A DNA stretch of 20,987 bases from Oligoflexales bacterium (GCA_044236265.1 JBIIGV010000045.1:1-20987); one strand, 5' to 3'; positions 7,878 to 17,206 are shown, numbered from the stretch's first letter. Translations and numbers: made by a program. The notes: generated from the letters alone by a model not told the origin.

Positions 7878-10643
7878 CTAATGAAATAAAAATTTCTGAG
7901 TGATACTGATCTTATTGTCTTTTAGTCCAGTCGGATTCCCGCAATAGACAACCTCTCCGCCTCGAGCCGCCGCATCAGGTCCCATTTCAATCAGCCAATC
8001 AGCCTGCCGAAGAACATCGAGGTGATGCTCAATGACAATGACTGTATGACCAGATTTCGCCAGATCCTTGAACTGCGAAAGTAGGCTTGCCACATCAACA
8101 TCACTCAATCCAGTGGTCGGCTCATCAAAAATCAAAATTCCTGGCTTACCCTTCTTAGCGTCACGCATGATCTGTACCAGCTTTAAACGCTGCGCTTCAC
8201 CGCCACTAAATGAGCTAGTTGACTGCCCAAGCGTGACGTAACCCATGCCAACCTTCAAGACAGCATCCAAACATTCCGAGATGGCTCTGTGATCAAAAAA
8301 GAATGTTCGCGCTTCATCTGCGGTCATAGCCAAAACATCGATCAAATTTTTTCCCTTGTGCTGAACAGAGAGAACAGACTCCTGAAATCTGGCGCCATTG
8401 CAGGCCGGGCAAATGATCTCCATTTCTCCGAGAAACGATAGATCTTCCACCACGGTTCCAAGACCCCTACAGGTTTCACAACGACCACCAGGACTATTAA
8501 AACTAAAAGAACCTGGAGTCAGGCCAAGATTTTTTGCCGTCTCCTGGGATGCAAATATTTTACGAATGTGATCCATCACATCCAAGTACGTCGCAATCGT
8601 GCTGCGACTACTGCGCCCAAGAGCCACCTGTGACACCATGAGCACATTGTCATGAAGTTTGATAAGGCTTTCTGGACCAATAGACCCAGTCACCTCTTTT
8701 GGGATTTCTTTTTCCGGACCTCCGGAGAGTTTTGCAAAACTCAGCTCCAAAAGAGGAAACAATGTATGTCTAATCAGACTTGTTTTCCCGCTGCCGGACA
8801 CTCCGCACACAGCGGTGACTTTCCCGACAGGGATCTTCACCTCTGCATTTTTAAGATTATGAATCGTTGCGTTCTTTAGATGCAGAAACTTCGCCGCCTT
8901 ATCATCGAGCCCAATCGCTGACTCGACTATTGGTGACTTCTGAATCTTTCGATCACTAGGACGACCTGCATAAACGAGATGACCACCTTCGTGACCAGCC
9001 TTGGGACCAATTTCTATGAAATGATCAGATCCATTAATGATGGTCCTCTCATGTTCAACAACAACCACCGTATTACCCTGCTGCTGAAGCTCCCGAATAA
9101 CACCGAGTAGATTCTCACTGTCTCTAGCATGTAGTCCTGCCGTCGGCTCATCCAAGCAAAATAGTGTCTCTGTCAAAATAGAACCCAGACAGCGGGACAT
9201 ATTGATTCGCTGCAACTCCCCGCCACTCAATGTTTTGGCACTTCGATCCAGGGAAAGATATGAAAGCCCCATCTTCATGAGGTAACTTAGTCTAGATTTC
9301 GCCTCCAAAAGCGCCTCAGCGAGCCCTTGTCCACCGGACTCCCGCCCGTCGATGGCTTTAAGATTTACCGCTTCAATACCGTCAAACCAAGTTTGAAGCT
9401 CCTTCATACTGATTTTTGCAGTCTCATTGATGGATTTACCAAGCACTCGAATCGACCGCGCCTTGAGGTTTAACCTTTGGCCATCACATTCTGGACATGT
9501 CACATATTTGCGGAAACGTGCCGCATGAATCCGGTAGTGAGTTTTGTAGCGTTTTGTGTCAAGCCAGCGGAAGTATCCATTGATACCACCAAAATACTTT
9601 TTGTCGCCCTTCCAAAGCCATTCAATCTCTTCTTTGGAATAATCTGAAAATTTCTTCTTTTTGATATCCCACTTTTTGGCTGTTGCAGATTTAAGAGCGT
9701 CTTTATAGCAAACGACGTGTTCTCCAAAGTTCCATGCAACAACACCCTGCTCTGCAAGTGTAGATGACTTATCAGGAATGATTTTTAATGGATCAAGCTC
9801 GGTACTGCTCCCGAAACCTTGACAGGTACCACACGCCCCAATGGGGTGATTGAATGAAAACAGCGCCATCGTTGGATCTTGGTATTGGACACCACAACAA
9901 ACTAGACGCTTTGAAAATTCCACAATTTTTCCGTCTGACCCAACCACGCCGGCACGTCCACGACCAAGCTTGAGTATGAGACTGGATGCCTCGGCAAGAC
10001 GTTTTCGCGCGTCAGGGCTGACTGAGATCCTATCAACGACGACCCAAGATTTTTCCCGGTCAATTTTCTTGAGATCTTCAAGGCGAACCACATCTTTATT
10101 GACCCAAATTCTAGTAAAGCCCTGGCCCTGTAGAAGTGATTTTAATTCTTTGTCTGAGATATTTTCCCAGGCATCCACAGGAGCAACCATTAAGACTTTG
10201 TCATCTGACATTTCTTTCAGAATGCTCGAAGCCATTCGATCAGGATCAGCCTTCTCCACGTTACGACCACAAGACGAGCAAACGATAACGCCCGCAAGGG
10301 AGTAAACGACGCGCAAGATGTCGTGAAGCTCTGTTAGCGTTCCAACTGTTGAGCGATTATTAGCTCCCGAGCGAGACTGCTGCACAGCGATCGCTGGTGG
10401 AAGTTGCCGAACGCCAGAGATTTTTGGCTTTGGCATCGCCTTCAAATACTGACGAGCAAAGCTACTTAAACTTTCCACGTATCGGCGATACGCTTCCGCG
10501 TAGATCGTATCAAAGACAAGAGAGCTCTTGCCGCTGCCCGAAACTCCTGTCACCGACGTAAGCTCGTAAAGGGGGATTTTTACGTTTATTCCCTTGAGGT
10601 TATTCGTCTCAACGCCATCAATTTCAATAAAGTTTCGAGTCAT
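7878..10643 (-). CDS. uvrA: Excinuclease ABC subunit A (UvrA family, possibly a paralogue)
   Basis: Two ABC ATPase modules (TGVSGSGKSS / GVSGSGKTS; LSGGELQR / FSGGEAQR; DEPT), RRYVESLSSFARQ, STVGT.TE, FSFN.P.GAC and zinc-finger CxxC pairs. Start moved to ATG 10643 (MTRNFIEIDG). Confidence 0.93.
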   Translation of the reverse strand: MTRNFIEIDGVETNNLKGINVKIPLYELTSVTGVSGSGKSSLVFDTIYAEAYRRYVESLSSFARQYLKAMPKPKISGVRQLPPAIAVQQSRSGANNRSTVGTLTELHDILRVVYSLAGVIVCSSCGRNVEKADPDRMASSILKEMSDDKVLMVAPVDAWENISDKELKSLLQGQGFTRIWVNKDVVRLEDLKKIDREKSWVVVDRISVSPDARKRLAEASSLILKLGRGRAGVVGSDGKIVEFSKRLVCCGVQYQDPTMALFSFNHPIGACGTCQGFGSSTELDPLKIIPDKSSTLAEQGVVAWNFGEHVVCYKDALKSATAKKWDIKKKKFSDYSKEEIEWLWKGDKKYFGGINGYFRWLDTKRYKTHYRIHAARFRKYVTCPECDGQRLNLKARSIRVLGKSINETAKISMKELQTWFDGIEAVNLKAIDGRESGGQGLAEALLEAKSRLSYLMKMGLSYLSLDRSAKTLSGGELQRINMSRCLGSILTETLFCLDEPTAGLHARDSENLLGVIRELQQQGNTVVVVEHERTIINGSDHFIEIGPKAGHEGGHLVYAGRPSDRKIQKSPIVESAIGLDDKAAKFLHLKNATIHNLKNAEVKIPVGKVTAVCGVSGSGKTSLIRHTLFPLLELSFAKLSGGPEKEIPKEVTGSIGPESLIKLHDNVLMVSQVALGRSSRSTIATYLDVMDHIRKIFASQETAKNLGLTPGSFSFNSPGGRCETCRGLGTVVEDLSFLGEMEIICPACNGARFQESVLSVQHKGKNLIDVLAMTADEARTFFFDHRAISECLDAVLKVGMGYVTLGQSTSSFSGGEAQRLKLVQIMRDAKKGKPGILIFDEPTTGLSDVDVASLLSQFKDLAKSGHTVIVIEHHLDVLRQADWLIEMGPDAAARGGEVVYCGNPTGLKDNKISITQKFLFH

Positions 10644-10662
10644 GGGGACTGGAACTCCGGCC

Positions 10663-10691
10663 TTGTAGAAATGTCTATTTATCGCCATAAT
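10663..10691 (+). promoter_or_regulatory. Possible sigma-70 promoter for the SPOR gene
   Basis: TTGTAG-N17-CATAAT. Confidence 0.3.
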
Positions 10692-10726
10692 TAAGCCAAG
10701 ATCAGACGACACTATATAGGTACATC

Positions 10727-11194
10727 ATGCAGAAGACTATTGCCATCGTGGCCACTCTACTTTTGGGCATTTTTATTGGAGTCTTTTCGGTCTCTGCATT
10801 GAACAAAAAGGTTAAACATAAATCCGAGACCCAAGCCGAAACCAATGCTGAGAACTCGGCTATAAAATCTAAAGGATCTGAAGATCAGGCCGTCTTTTAT
10901 ACAAGTGTGGGCGGATCCTCTCCTTCAAGCGATAATGCGCCCAGTTCTGGACGTGTTGCCACTCGGTATACGATCGAGCTTGGCACCGTAAACTCTCAGG
11001 CAGATGCTGAGTCATTACTGTTAAAGTTGAAAGATCGCGGTATCGATGGTTTTTATACGCCCATGCGTCGCGGAGGTCGGGTGATCTTTCATGTGAGAAT
11101 TGGGCTTTTTGCAAGCGCTGACGACGCAGAGCAAAATTTAAAAAAGATTGCAGCTCGCGCAAATGTCAAAGGACGCGTCACGAGGCTCCACTAA
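10727..11194 (+). CDS. SPOR domain-containing membrane-anchored protein
   Basis: N-terminal TM helix, low-complexity Ser-rich linker and a C-terminal SPOR-like fold (YTIELGT...AE.L..KLKDRGIDGF......FHVRIGLFAS.DDAE). Confidence 0.85.
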   Translation: MQKTIAIVATLLLGIFIGVFSVSALNKKVKHKSETQAETNAENSAIKSKGSEDQAVFYTSVGGSSPSSDNAPSSGRVATRYTIELGTVNSQADAESLLLKLKDRGIDGFYTPMRRGGRVIFHVRIGLFASADDAEQNLKKIAARANVKGRVTRLH

Positions 11195-11197
11195 GAT

Positions 11198-11217
11198 TTA
11201 GACTAATTGATGTCTAA
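11198..11217. terminator. Weak hairpin between convergent genes
   Basis: TTAGAC-N8-GTCTAA between the stops at 11194 (+) and 11228 (-). AT-rich, with no clear U-tract. Confidence 0.2.
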
Positions 11218-11227
11218 GAATACTGGG

Positions 11228-11611
11228 CTACTTCTTGGGGGATGACTGAGTTAAACGCTCTTTCGCAGGCCCACCCGTAATGGCGTCAATAACACCATTT
11301 CCATCAAAGTCATAAGCCCACATATAAGGCTTGCCCTCGGAGTCCAAGGCCTCAAGCATGTCAAAACTTCCATCGCGATCAATATCCCAACCGCGAAATC
11401 CTTCCTGCGAGCTTTTTCCGCCATCCGAGTACGTCCAATTTACGAATATCTTCGTCAGATTTGGTAGCGGGGCCGGGTGCTCTATGGCAGCACCCTCTTT
11501 AAGGGTGTAGAAGGCCGGCGAGGCTACATTAACCTCAGACATCTCGGGTGATTGAATCGTTGAACAACCAACCAATCCTAGCGCAAGTGCCAGAGTCCAA
11601 ACGTTCTTCAT
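11228..11611 (-). CDS. Hypothetical lipoprotein with two DxDxDG-type Ca-binding motifs
   Basis: [16 protein letters not shown] lipobox; [10 protein letters not shown] and [15 protein letters not shown] upstream of ATG 11611. Confidence 0.75.
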   Translation of the reverse strand: MKNVWTLALALGLVGCSTIQSPEMSEVNVASPAFYTLKEGAAIEHPAPLPNLTKIFVNWTYSDGGKSSQEGFRGWDIDRDGSFDMLEALDSEGKPYMWAYDFDGNGVIDAITGGPAKERLTQSSPKK

Positions 11612-11658
11612 GGAAAGCCCTCCCTCATAGACACCACAAAACACCGACTTTGAGAGGG

Positions 11659-11686
11659 TTTTCGGTTGCAGTAAGCCAAAGCTTTA
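11659..11686 (-). promoter_or_regulatory. Sigma-28 (FliA)-like promoter
   Basis: Minus strand TAAAG-N15-ACCGAAAA, about 48 nt upstream of the lipoprotein start. Confidence 0.5.
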
Positions 11687-11727
11687 AGCACAATAGGGCC
11701 CTTCAAGACTGGGGAGATCGGAAATCC

Positions 11728-13530
11728 GTGCAAGATCCTAAATATATTAGAAATTTTTGTATCGTAGCTCACATTGACCATGGAAAATCGACTCTTGCCG
11801 ACCGCCTGATCGAATATACCGGCACGCTATCCAACCGCGAGATGACCAATCAGGTCCTCGACTCCATGGATTTAGAGCGCGAGCGGGGCATCACCATCAA
11901 GGCCCAAACCTGCTGCATGCGCTACAAAGCTAAAGACGGCAAAGTGTATCAGCTAAACCTGATCGACACCCCAGGTCACGTTGATTTCTCTTATGAAGTA
12001 TCGCGAAGCTTATCAGCCTGTGAGGGTGCCCTTGTCATTGTTGATGCTAGTCAAGGTGTGGAAGCTCAGACAGTGGCTAACGTGCAGCTCGCCATGCGCA
12101 ACAACCTGGCGTTGATTCCTGTCATCAATAAAATTGATTTACCATCTGCCGACCCTGATCGTGTAGCCCAAGAAATTGAAGACGAACTAGCTATCGATGC
12201 TCTTGAGGCGGTGAAATGCTCTGCTAAAGCTGGAATTGGTATTCAGGACGTGCTTGAAGCTGTGGTTACGAGAATTCCTCCGCCAGCAGACAATAATAAC
12301 GAACGCTTGCGGGCATTGATTTTCGATAGTTGGTTTGACCCTTATTTGGGAGCTGTCTCGCTTATAAGAGTGAAGGACGGCGTCATCAAAAAAGGCCAGA
12401 GGATGCAGATGATGTCCACTGGCAAGTCTTACGAAGTCCTCAAAATCGGAAAACTCATGCCGAAAGGCGTCGAAGTCGAGTCACTTTCTTGCGGCGAAGT
12501 AGGATTTGTTGCTGGCTCCATTAAAGCTGTTGCTGACACCCGCGTCGGTGACACCATTACTGATTCCGTGAAACCTGCTTCATCACCACTAGCTGGATTT
12601 CAACCGGCAAAACAAATGGTCTTTGGTGGTATCTTCCCTGTGGAGTCTAGTGACTATCCAGTATTAAAAGATAGCCTTGAAAAGCTCACGCTCAATGATT
12701 CGAGTTTAACCTATGAAGTGGAAAGCTCTAACGCCCTCGGCTTTGGTTTCCGCGTTGGTTTTTTGGGTCTTTTACATATGGATATTATCCAGGAGCGACT
12801 TGAGCGAGAATACAATCTTGACCTGATCTTTACAGCACCGACGGTGGTTTATAAAGTTCACACGCTAGAGGGCGAGATGCTGGAAATCGAAAATCCAGCT
12901 AAGCTTCCCGACCCGACAAAGATTGCAACCTTCGAAGAACCATATGTAACGATGACCATTCATACGCCCGAAGAATATCTCGGCGTATTACTAAAACTGT
13001 TGCAAGAGCGTCGCGGCGTACAAAAAGCGATGGACTATACGACGTCAAAGAGAGTTCGATTGACTTATGAAATTCCAATGAACGAAATGATCTTTGACTT
13101 TCACGACAAGCTCAAATCCATGTCGCGCGGCTATGCTTCGATGGACTATGAACTTCTAGATTACCGGGAAGGTGATCTGGTCAAGCTTGATATTCTTGTC
13201 AACGGTGAGCCAGTTGATGCTCTTTCATGTATTGTACACCGCAGCTATGCAGCTAATCGCGGACGTCAGCTCTGCGAAAAACTGAAAGAACTGCTGCCAC
13301 GGCAGATGTTCCAAATTGCCATTCAAGCTGCCATAGGTAGCAAAGTTGTGGCGCGCGAGACAATTTCTGCTCTTAGAAAAGACGTGACTGCCAAATGTTA
13401 CGGTGGTGACATTTCCCGTAAACGCAAGCTTCTTGAAAAACAAAAAGAAGGTAAAAAACGCATGAAGCAGATTGGGTCTGTAGAGATCCCGCAATCTGCA
13501 TTCACTGCGATCTTAAAGCTTGATAGCTAG
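11728..13530 (+). CDS. lepA: Translation elongation factor 4 (LepA)
   Basis: [52 protein letters not shown] and [30 protein letters not shown]. Start is the GTG at 11728 with GGGGAG upstream (600 aa). Confidence 0.99.
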   Translation: MQDPKYIRNFCIVAHIDHGKSTLADRLIEYTGTLSNREMTNQVLDSMDLERERGITIKAQTCCMRYKAKDGKVYQLNLIDTPGHVDFSYEVSRSLSACEGALVIVDASQGVEAQTVANVQLAMRNNLALIPVINKIDLPSADPDRVAQEIEDELAIDALEAVKCSAKAGIGIQDVLEAVVTRIPPPADNNNERLRALIFDSWFDPYLGAVSLIRVKDGVIKKGQRMQMMSTGKSYEVLKIGKLMPKGVEVESLSCGEVGFVAGSIKAVADTRVGDTITDSVKPASSPLAGFQPAKQMVFGGIFPVESSDYPVLKDSLEKLTLNDSSLTYEVESSNALGFGFRVGFLGLLHMDIIQERLEREYNLDLIFTAPTVVYKVHTLEGEMLEIENPAKLPDPTKIATFEEPYVTMTIHTPEEYLGVLLKLLQERRGVQKAMDYTTSKRVRLTYEIPMNEMIFDFHDKLKSMSRGYASMDYELLDYREGDLVKLDILVNGEPVDALSCIVHRSYAANRGRQLCEKLKELLPRQMFQIAIQAAIGSKVVARETISALRKDVTAKCYGGDISRKRKLLEKQKEGKKRMKQIGSVEIPQSAFTAILKLDS

Positions 13531-13532
13531 GG

Positions 13533-14180
13533 TTATTTGCAAGGAATCCCGCTGTTTTCAATCGTAAACTTGATGTTAGGACGGTTCGCAGGTGGCTTTA
13601 TCCTTAGATACGTATCATGCCACTTTGTATCCGTATTATCATTTGTTTCAACCGTAAAACTTCCATCAGCCGCGTTGGGAATGATGTGCATTCCTTTACC
13701 GTTGATACCACTGTTGTGCTTACTCGCGTTACCACTAGAAATTAAATTCGCTGACTGAGTCGTGAAATTTTGACTGCCGTTTGTTGTCAGGGTGAGACGT
13801 AACGTATTGCAAGTATTCGTCAGGAGCTTCATTTTAACATTGGTTGGAATTACACCTTTGTTGCACCCCAAGTGAACATTTTGACCGCCCCCAACAAGCT
13901 CCGCAGAAAGGCAGTTTGTCCAAGCGGCACTGTCACCCAATCTATCGATTGTCAACTCCGCATCAACCAACTCCACCTTCCCACCATCGTCAGTATTTAA
14001 TCCATTACCGTTCGGCTTGGTTGCATCACCATTGGGATTATTCGATGTATTTGGCTTACCTGGCTTACCTTTTTTGTAAGTACCAGCCGAAGCACTGTCG
14101 CCAGCAAACTCTTGATTAGAGCAAGACGCAAACAAAGCCCAAGTCGTCATTAGACCTACAGAAAAAATAAGAGCTTTCAT
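13533..14180 (-). CDS. Hypothetical lipoprotein
   Basis: Signal peptide ending FAS-C, a G/N/P-rich linker and a beta-rich domain with four further Cys. GGAGG SD. Confidence 0.75.
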   Translation of the reverse strand: MKALIFSVGLMTTWALFASCSNQEFAGDSASAGTYKKGKPGKPNTSNNPNGDATKPNGNGLNTDDGGKVELVDAELTIDRLGDSAAWTNCLSAELVGGGQNVHLGCNKGVIPTNVKMKLLTNTCNTLRLTLTTNGSQNFTTQSANLISSGNASKHNSGINGKGMHIIPNAADGSFTVETNDNTDTKWHDTYLRIKPPANRPNIKFTIENSGIPCK

Positions 14181-14234
14181 GCCGCCTCCGTCGCCCCTGC
14201 GCGTATAGACACAGTCGGGGTGTTTCTAAGGGAA

Positions 14235-14262
14235 GAATCGGCATATTTTGGGACAAACTTGA
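14235..14262 (-). promoter_or_regulatory. Sigma-28 (FliA)-like promoter
   Basis: Minus strand TCAAG-N15-GCCGATTC (TCAAGTTT...), about 55 nt upstream of the lipoprotein start. Confidence 0.55.
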
Positions 14263-14354
14263 AAAAAGTCAATTATACCAATTATTACTGAGTTTTATTG
14301 TTTGTGATTTTCAGCGCTTTTGAGGCGTCTGATCAACTTGTACCTTTCGGTCCA

Positions 14355-14383
14355 TTGCATTGACCAAGGCCAACCTCGATAAT
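14355..14383 (+). promoter_or_regulatory. Possible sigma-70 promoter
   Basis: TTGCAT-N17-GATAAT upstream of the start at 14420. Confidence 0.3.
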
Positions 14384-14419
14384 CAAAGCTTCAGCTCAAT
14401 AACTTAAGCGAGGTTTACT

Positions 14420-15469
14420 GTGATTTATAAAATCTACCTACTCTTAGCCGTGTTGCTTTTTGCAGTGGTTCAGCCGACGTACGCTTTTGACCTAAAAAAA
14501 GAAGCGCAAAAAGCTTTAGAGAAAGAAAAAAAGAAATTTGAAGAGCAGCAAAGGAAAGAAAAAGAAAAAAAGGAGCAGGAAAAAAAAGCTGCGCAACCAG
14601 CTCCTGCACCAACTCCGACACCCGCGCCAACTCCAGCCCCAGCACCAACGCCACCACCTGCAACAACTCCGGCTAACAATGGCGCCGCCGTTCAACCACC
14701 CGCGCAGCCCGTGAACCCGACGCCACCTCCAGCTACAAATTCGCAATCATCAACAACATCCGGTACCACGGCAAGCCCTAGCCCGACACCGCCGGCACAG
14801 GACACTAGCAAAATGTCCACTGCAGAGAAAATTCGCTACGCTTGGCAAAAAATTCCACAAGCCACTAACATCTATAGCCCGTCCGGAGACACTGTCTTTC
14901 CTAAAAACCTGGAGGATGAGTCGGGTGGAATGATTTCCGCTCACTTGATGTCTATCTATAGCTTGGACCAGTTGGAAAAAATGTCGGGCAACCCGCCATA
15001 CATTAGGACCAAAGGACCTGACGGAAAGCCGATTCGAGTAAAGTTCGCACAAGTTAATCCAAAATTTGTCGACTGGGCAGTCGCTAACGCAATTCCTGCG
15101 GCGACCGACACCGCATTCAAGTCTGCGACCCTACAAATTTACAAAGAATACCTATCAAAGACAGTCGAAGTATTTCTTCGTGCAATTTATGGCCTCGAGT
15201 CAAATCCAAAGAAATATGCGTCAATGGTGCAAGAGTACAAAGACGCTATTAATGATCGTCGAGGCTTGATGGGTCCAGAGTCTTTTATAGCACGGATTAT
15301 GAAAGGTCTTCCTGATGGTACAGGAGCGCCTATAACAGTTGGATTCTGGCTACGCCGAACCATGGATGGCTCAGCACCCGGATTAAAAGCGGGTCTGGAA
15401 AAGCTGGTGAAGACCTACACACCAGAGCGCCTAGGAGCCATCAAAGGTCAATTTAAAAATAAGAAATAG
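14420..15469 (+). CDS. Secreted hypothetical protein with a K/E-rich segment, a Pro/Thr/Ala-rich linker and a helical C-terminal domain
   Basis: GTG start with GAGG SD, signal peptide (...PTYA|FD), PAPAPTPTPAPTP repeats and C-terminal VNPKFVDWA...GFWLRRTMDGS. Confidence 0.8.
   Translation: MIYKIYLLLAVLLFAVVQPTYAFDLKKEAQKALEKEKKKFEEQQRKEKEKKEQEKKAAQPAPAPTPTPAPTPAPAPTPPPATTPANNGAAVQPPAQPVNPTPPPATNSQSSTTSGTTASPSPTPPAQDTSKMSTAEKIRYAWQKIPQATNIYSPSGDTVFPKNLEDESGGMISAHLMSIYSLDQLEKMSGNPPYIRTKGPDGKPIRVKFAQVNPKFVDWAVANAIPAATDTAFKSATLQIYKEYLSKTVEVFLRAIYGLESNPKKYASMVQEYKDAINDRRGLMGPESFIARIMKGLPDGTGAPITVGFWLRRTMDGSAPGLKAGLEKLVKTYTPERLGAIKGQFKNKK
14597..14795 (+). repeat. Low-complexity Pro-Ala/Pro-Thr coding repeat
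   Basis: Degenerate CCN-GCN/ACN iterations encoding PAPAPTPTPAPTPAPAPTPPP... Confidence 0.7.
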
Positions 15470-15470
15470 A

Positions 15471-15977
15471 CTATTTACGGGCGGCCTCAAGGGCCGCCTT
15501 TAATTTTGCGTTTTCAATGTCGTTTGGCCCACGAAAGAGCGTCCACTCGTCAATCATTGACCCGTCAGAAAATGAACAAAACGAAAATTCACCGTCTTCA
15601 TCCAAAGCAGATTTTCCTTGTCCGCCGTTTTTCTCGCAGTTTATAGAGGCAGGATTTGCTCCACTAGTGGCACCACTACCTTCACTCACCAAAGGCGAGA
15701 AAAAGCGCGTGGACGCTTGGCTTTGCTTAGCATTGAGAAGTGAAATGATCTCTATGCGTGCACGACCAAAGACACAGGCTCTAATCGCTGAGCCATCAAC
15801 TGCTTTAAACGTTTCGGTTAATCCACCGTGATCTTTGCAAAATTTATCTGCCAAAGAATAGTCACCGGAAGCATCAGAGGAGCTATTTGGAGATAGACCA
15901 GGCGATGCGGGCTTTCTCTTTTTACATGCGACCAAAGCGGCTATAAACAGCAATATAATAATCTGAGAATTTTTCAT
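15471..15977 (-). CDS. Lipoprotein with two DUF333 (putative hemolysin-like) repeats
   Basis: LVA-C lipobox; ADKFCKDHGG...ACVF and ANPASINCEKNGG...FCSFSDGSMIDEWTLFR. Confidence 0.85.
   Translation of the reverse strand: MKNSQIIILLFIAALVACKKRKPASPGLSPNSSSDASGDYSLADKFCKDHGGLTETFKAVDGSAIRACVFGRARIEIISLLNAKQSQASTRFFSPLVSEGSGATSGANPASINCEKNGGQGKSALDEDGEFSFCSFSDGSMIDEWTLFRGPNDIENAKLKAALEAARK
15480..15508 (+). terminator. Putative intrinsic terminator for the 14420..15469 gene, embedded in the 3' end of the convergent gene
   Basis: GGCGGCC-TCAAG-GGCCGCC followed by TTTAATTTT, 10 nt after the stop. Confidence 0.55.
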
Positions 15978-16013
15978 GCCAACTCCCGCTTAAATAATCC
16001 GAAACTCAGATAA

Positions 16014-17000
16014 TTAAAATGTCACCGTGCCAATAGCATCCCGGTCGTCACCAATAGCGATGGTCTCCGATGTCCGAGACTGCCGCGCCACGGCAGCCTC
16101 TTCCCGCATCGCAACATTTCTTACTGCGAGAAAACTTGGATAATAGTTACGCGCAGCGAAGCCAAAGAGCTTTGTCTTATGCTCCTCACGAATCTTCATA
16201 TAATCCGGCCCGAACTTTTGAATGGCGCGCATAACACCATTTTGCCCATAATTATAGGCCGTAATTGCGAGCTCCCAAGATTGAGTTCTGAGATAAATTC
16301 CCGCCAAATGATCAGTCGCCGCATCAGTTGAAAGCTCAGGATCAGTACGCCAATCCTTTTTCCTCTTAACGACAAGCCCCTCTGCTCGCGCTGTGTGTGG
16401 CATAAATTGCCAAAGACCTTTAGCTCCGGCTTTACTTGTTGCAAAACGATCAAAGCCACTTTCCAGGTGGGGCAAGTACGCAAGATCTTCTGGCAGCCCC
16501 TTTTCGCGAAGGGTCTGCTTAATCATTGAAATGTATGGACGGCTGCGAGCAAGGGACTTACTAAACTCCACTCCTCTTTGGCAGCGAACCTGATCTCGGG
16601 CTTCTGCAAAAAACTTTCTGCTTCGCAGATCGGAAGGAACTGACTGGTAAATACGCCGTTCAAACTCTGTTTTGGGCTCCCCTCGCGCCCCCAGCGCAGT
16701 TAATGCTGCGCGAATAGTTTTAACGTGTTTTTTCAAAAGGCGGTTGTTCGATCCTTTAACGCGTGGAACAGTGGCGACGTAATAGATGACCCCGAGATTC
16801 CACTCATCATGGAACACGCACTCATCTGGACCATAATCTTTAAATATCTTCTCCCAAAAGCGAACATCGTCTGCAAGCCCCTCTGGTGTCGGAAGTCTCT
16901 TTTGGTAGGACTCTTCAGTATTGGCAGTCTGTCCATCCTGGGCATACGCCACACCAAAACAAGCAAGCAATAGCGGGAGCATGACGAGTATGTTTCGCAT
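16014..17000 (-). CDS. Lytic transglycosylase (SLT domain, MltD-like) without LysM repeats
   Basis: Signal peptide; LPHLESGF (catalytic Glu), AGAKGLWQFMP.TA, AITAYNYG and NYYPSFLA. Confidence 0.92.
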   Translation of the reverse strand: MRNILVMLPLLLACFGVAYAQDGQTANTEESYQKRLPTPEGLADDVRFWEKIFKDYGPDECVFHDEWNLGVIYYVATVPRVKGSNNRLLKKHVKTIRAALTALGARGEPKTEFERRIYQSVPSDLRSRKFFAEARDQVRCQRGVEFSKSLARSRPYISMIKQTLREKGLPEDLAYLPHLESGFDRFATSKAGAKGLWQFMPHTARAEGLVVKRKKDWRTDPELSTDAATDHLAGIYLRTQSWELAITAYNYGQNGVMRAIQKFGPDYMKIREEHKTKLFGFAARNYYPSFLAVRNVAMREEAAVARQSRTSETIAIGDDRDAIGTVTF

Positions 17001-17114
17001 GATTTGGGACCTATCTGTCGAATGTCGAGACGTGATCTTAATATTGTCCCAAGTTCTGGGAGAAATCGGAAGAGCGGCGCATTTTTTTGCAGCAATGTCA
17101 TGACCTATCCCACC

Positions 17115-17206
17115 GAGGATGCCTCTTTATAAATTTAAATTTCAATTGAATCAGGACGTTATGGAGGATTGATCCAGCACGCAGGACTGCCAGGATTTCA
17201 GAATCC
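17115..17206 (+). ncRNA. Candidate CsrA/RsmA-binding RNA element (sRNA or 5' leader)
   Basis: GGA at 17117, 17154, 17163, 17166, 17184 and 17193, three of them as CAGGA. Hairpins GAGG-ATG-CCTC, TGGA-GGATTGA-TCCA, GCA-GGAC-TGC and GGATT-TCAG-AATCC. Confidence 0.35.

Noticed and set aside
11548..11727. 60-aa N-terminal extension of LepA in the ORF track
   Set aside because: It overlaps the divergent lipoprotein gene and its promoter; GTG 11728 has a good SD and gives the canonical length.
14415..14746. GAGAGV-, W/R- and Phe-rich minus-strand ORFs
   Set aside because: They are mirror images of the Pro-rich and Lys/Glu-rich codons of the + strand gene.
14597..14795. Repeats as a CRISPR array or VNTR
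   Set aside because: Degenerate in-frame codon repeats with no identical repeat-spacer structure and no cas genes.
17063..17090. GCAAA-N15-TCCGATTT as a fourth sigma-28 promoter, for the transglycosylase
   Set aside because: The -35 match is poor compared with the other three; possible but not supportable.
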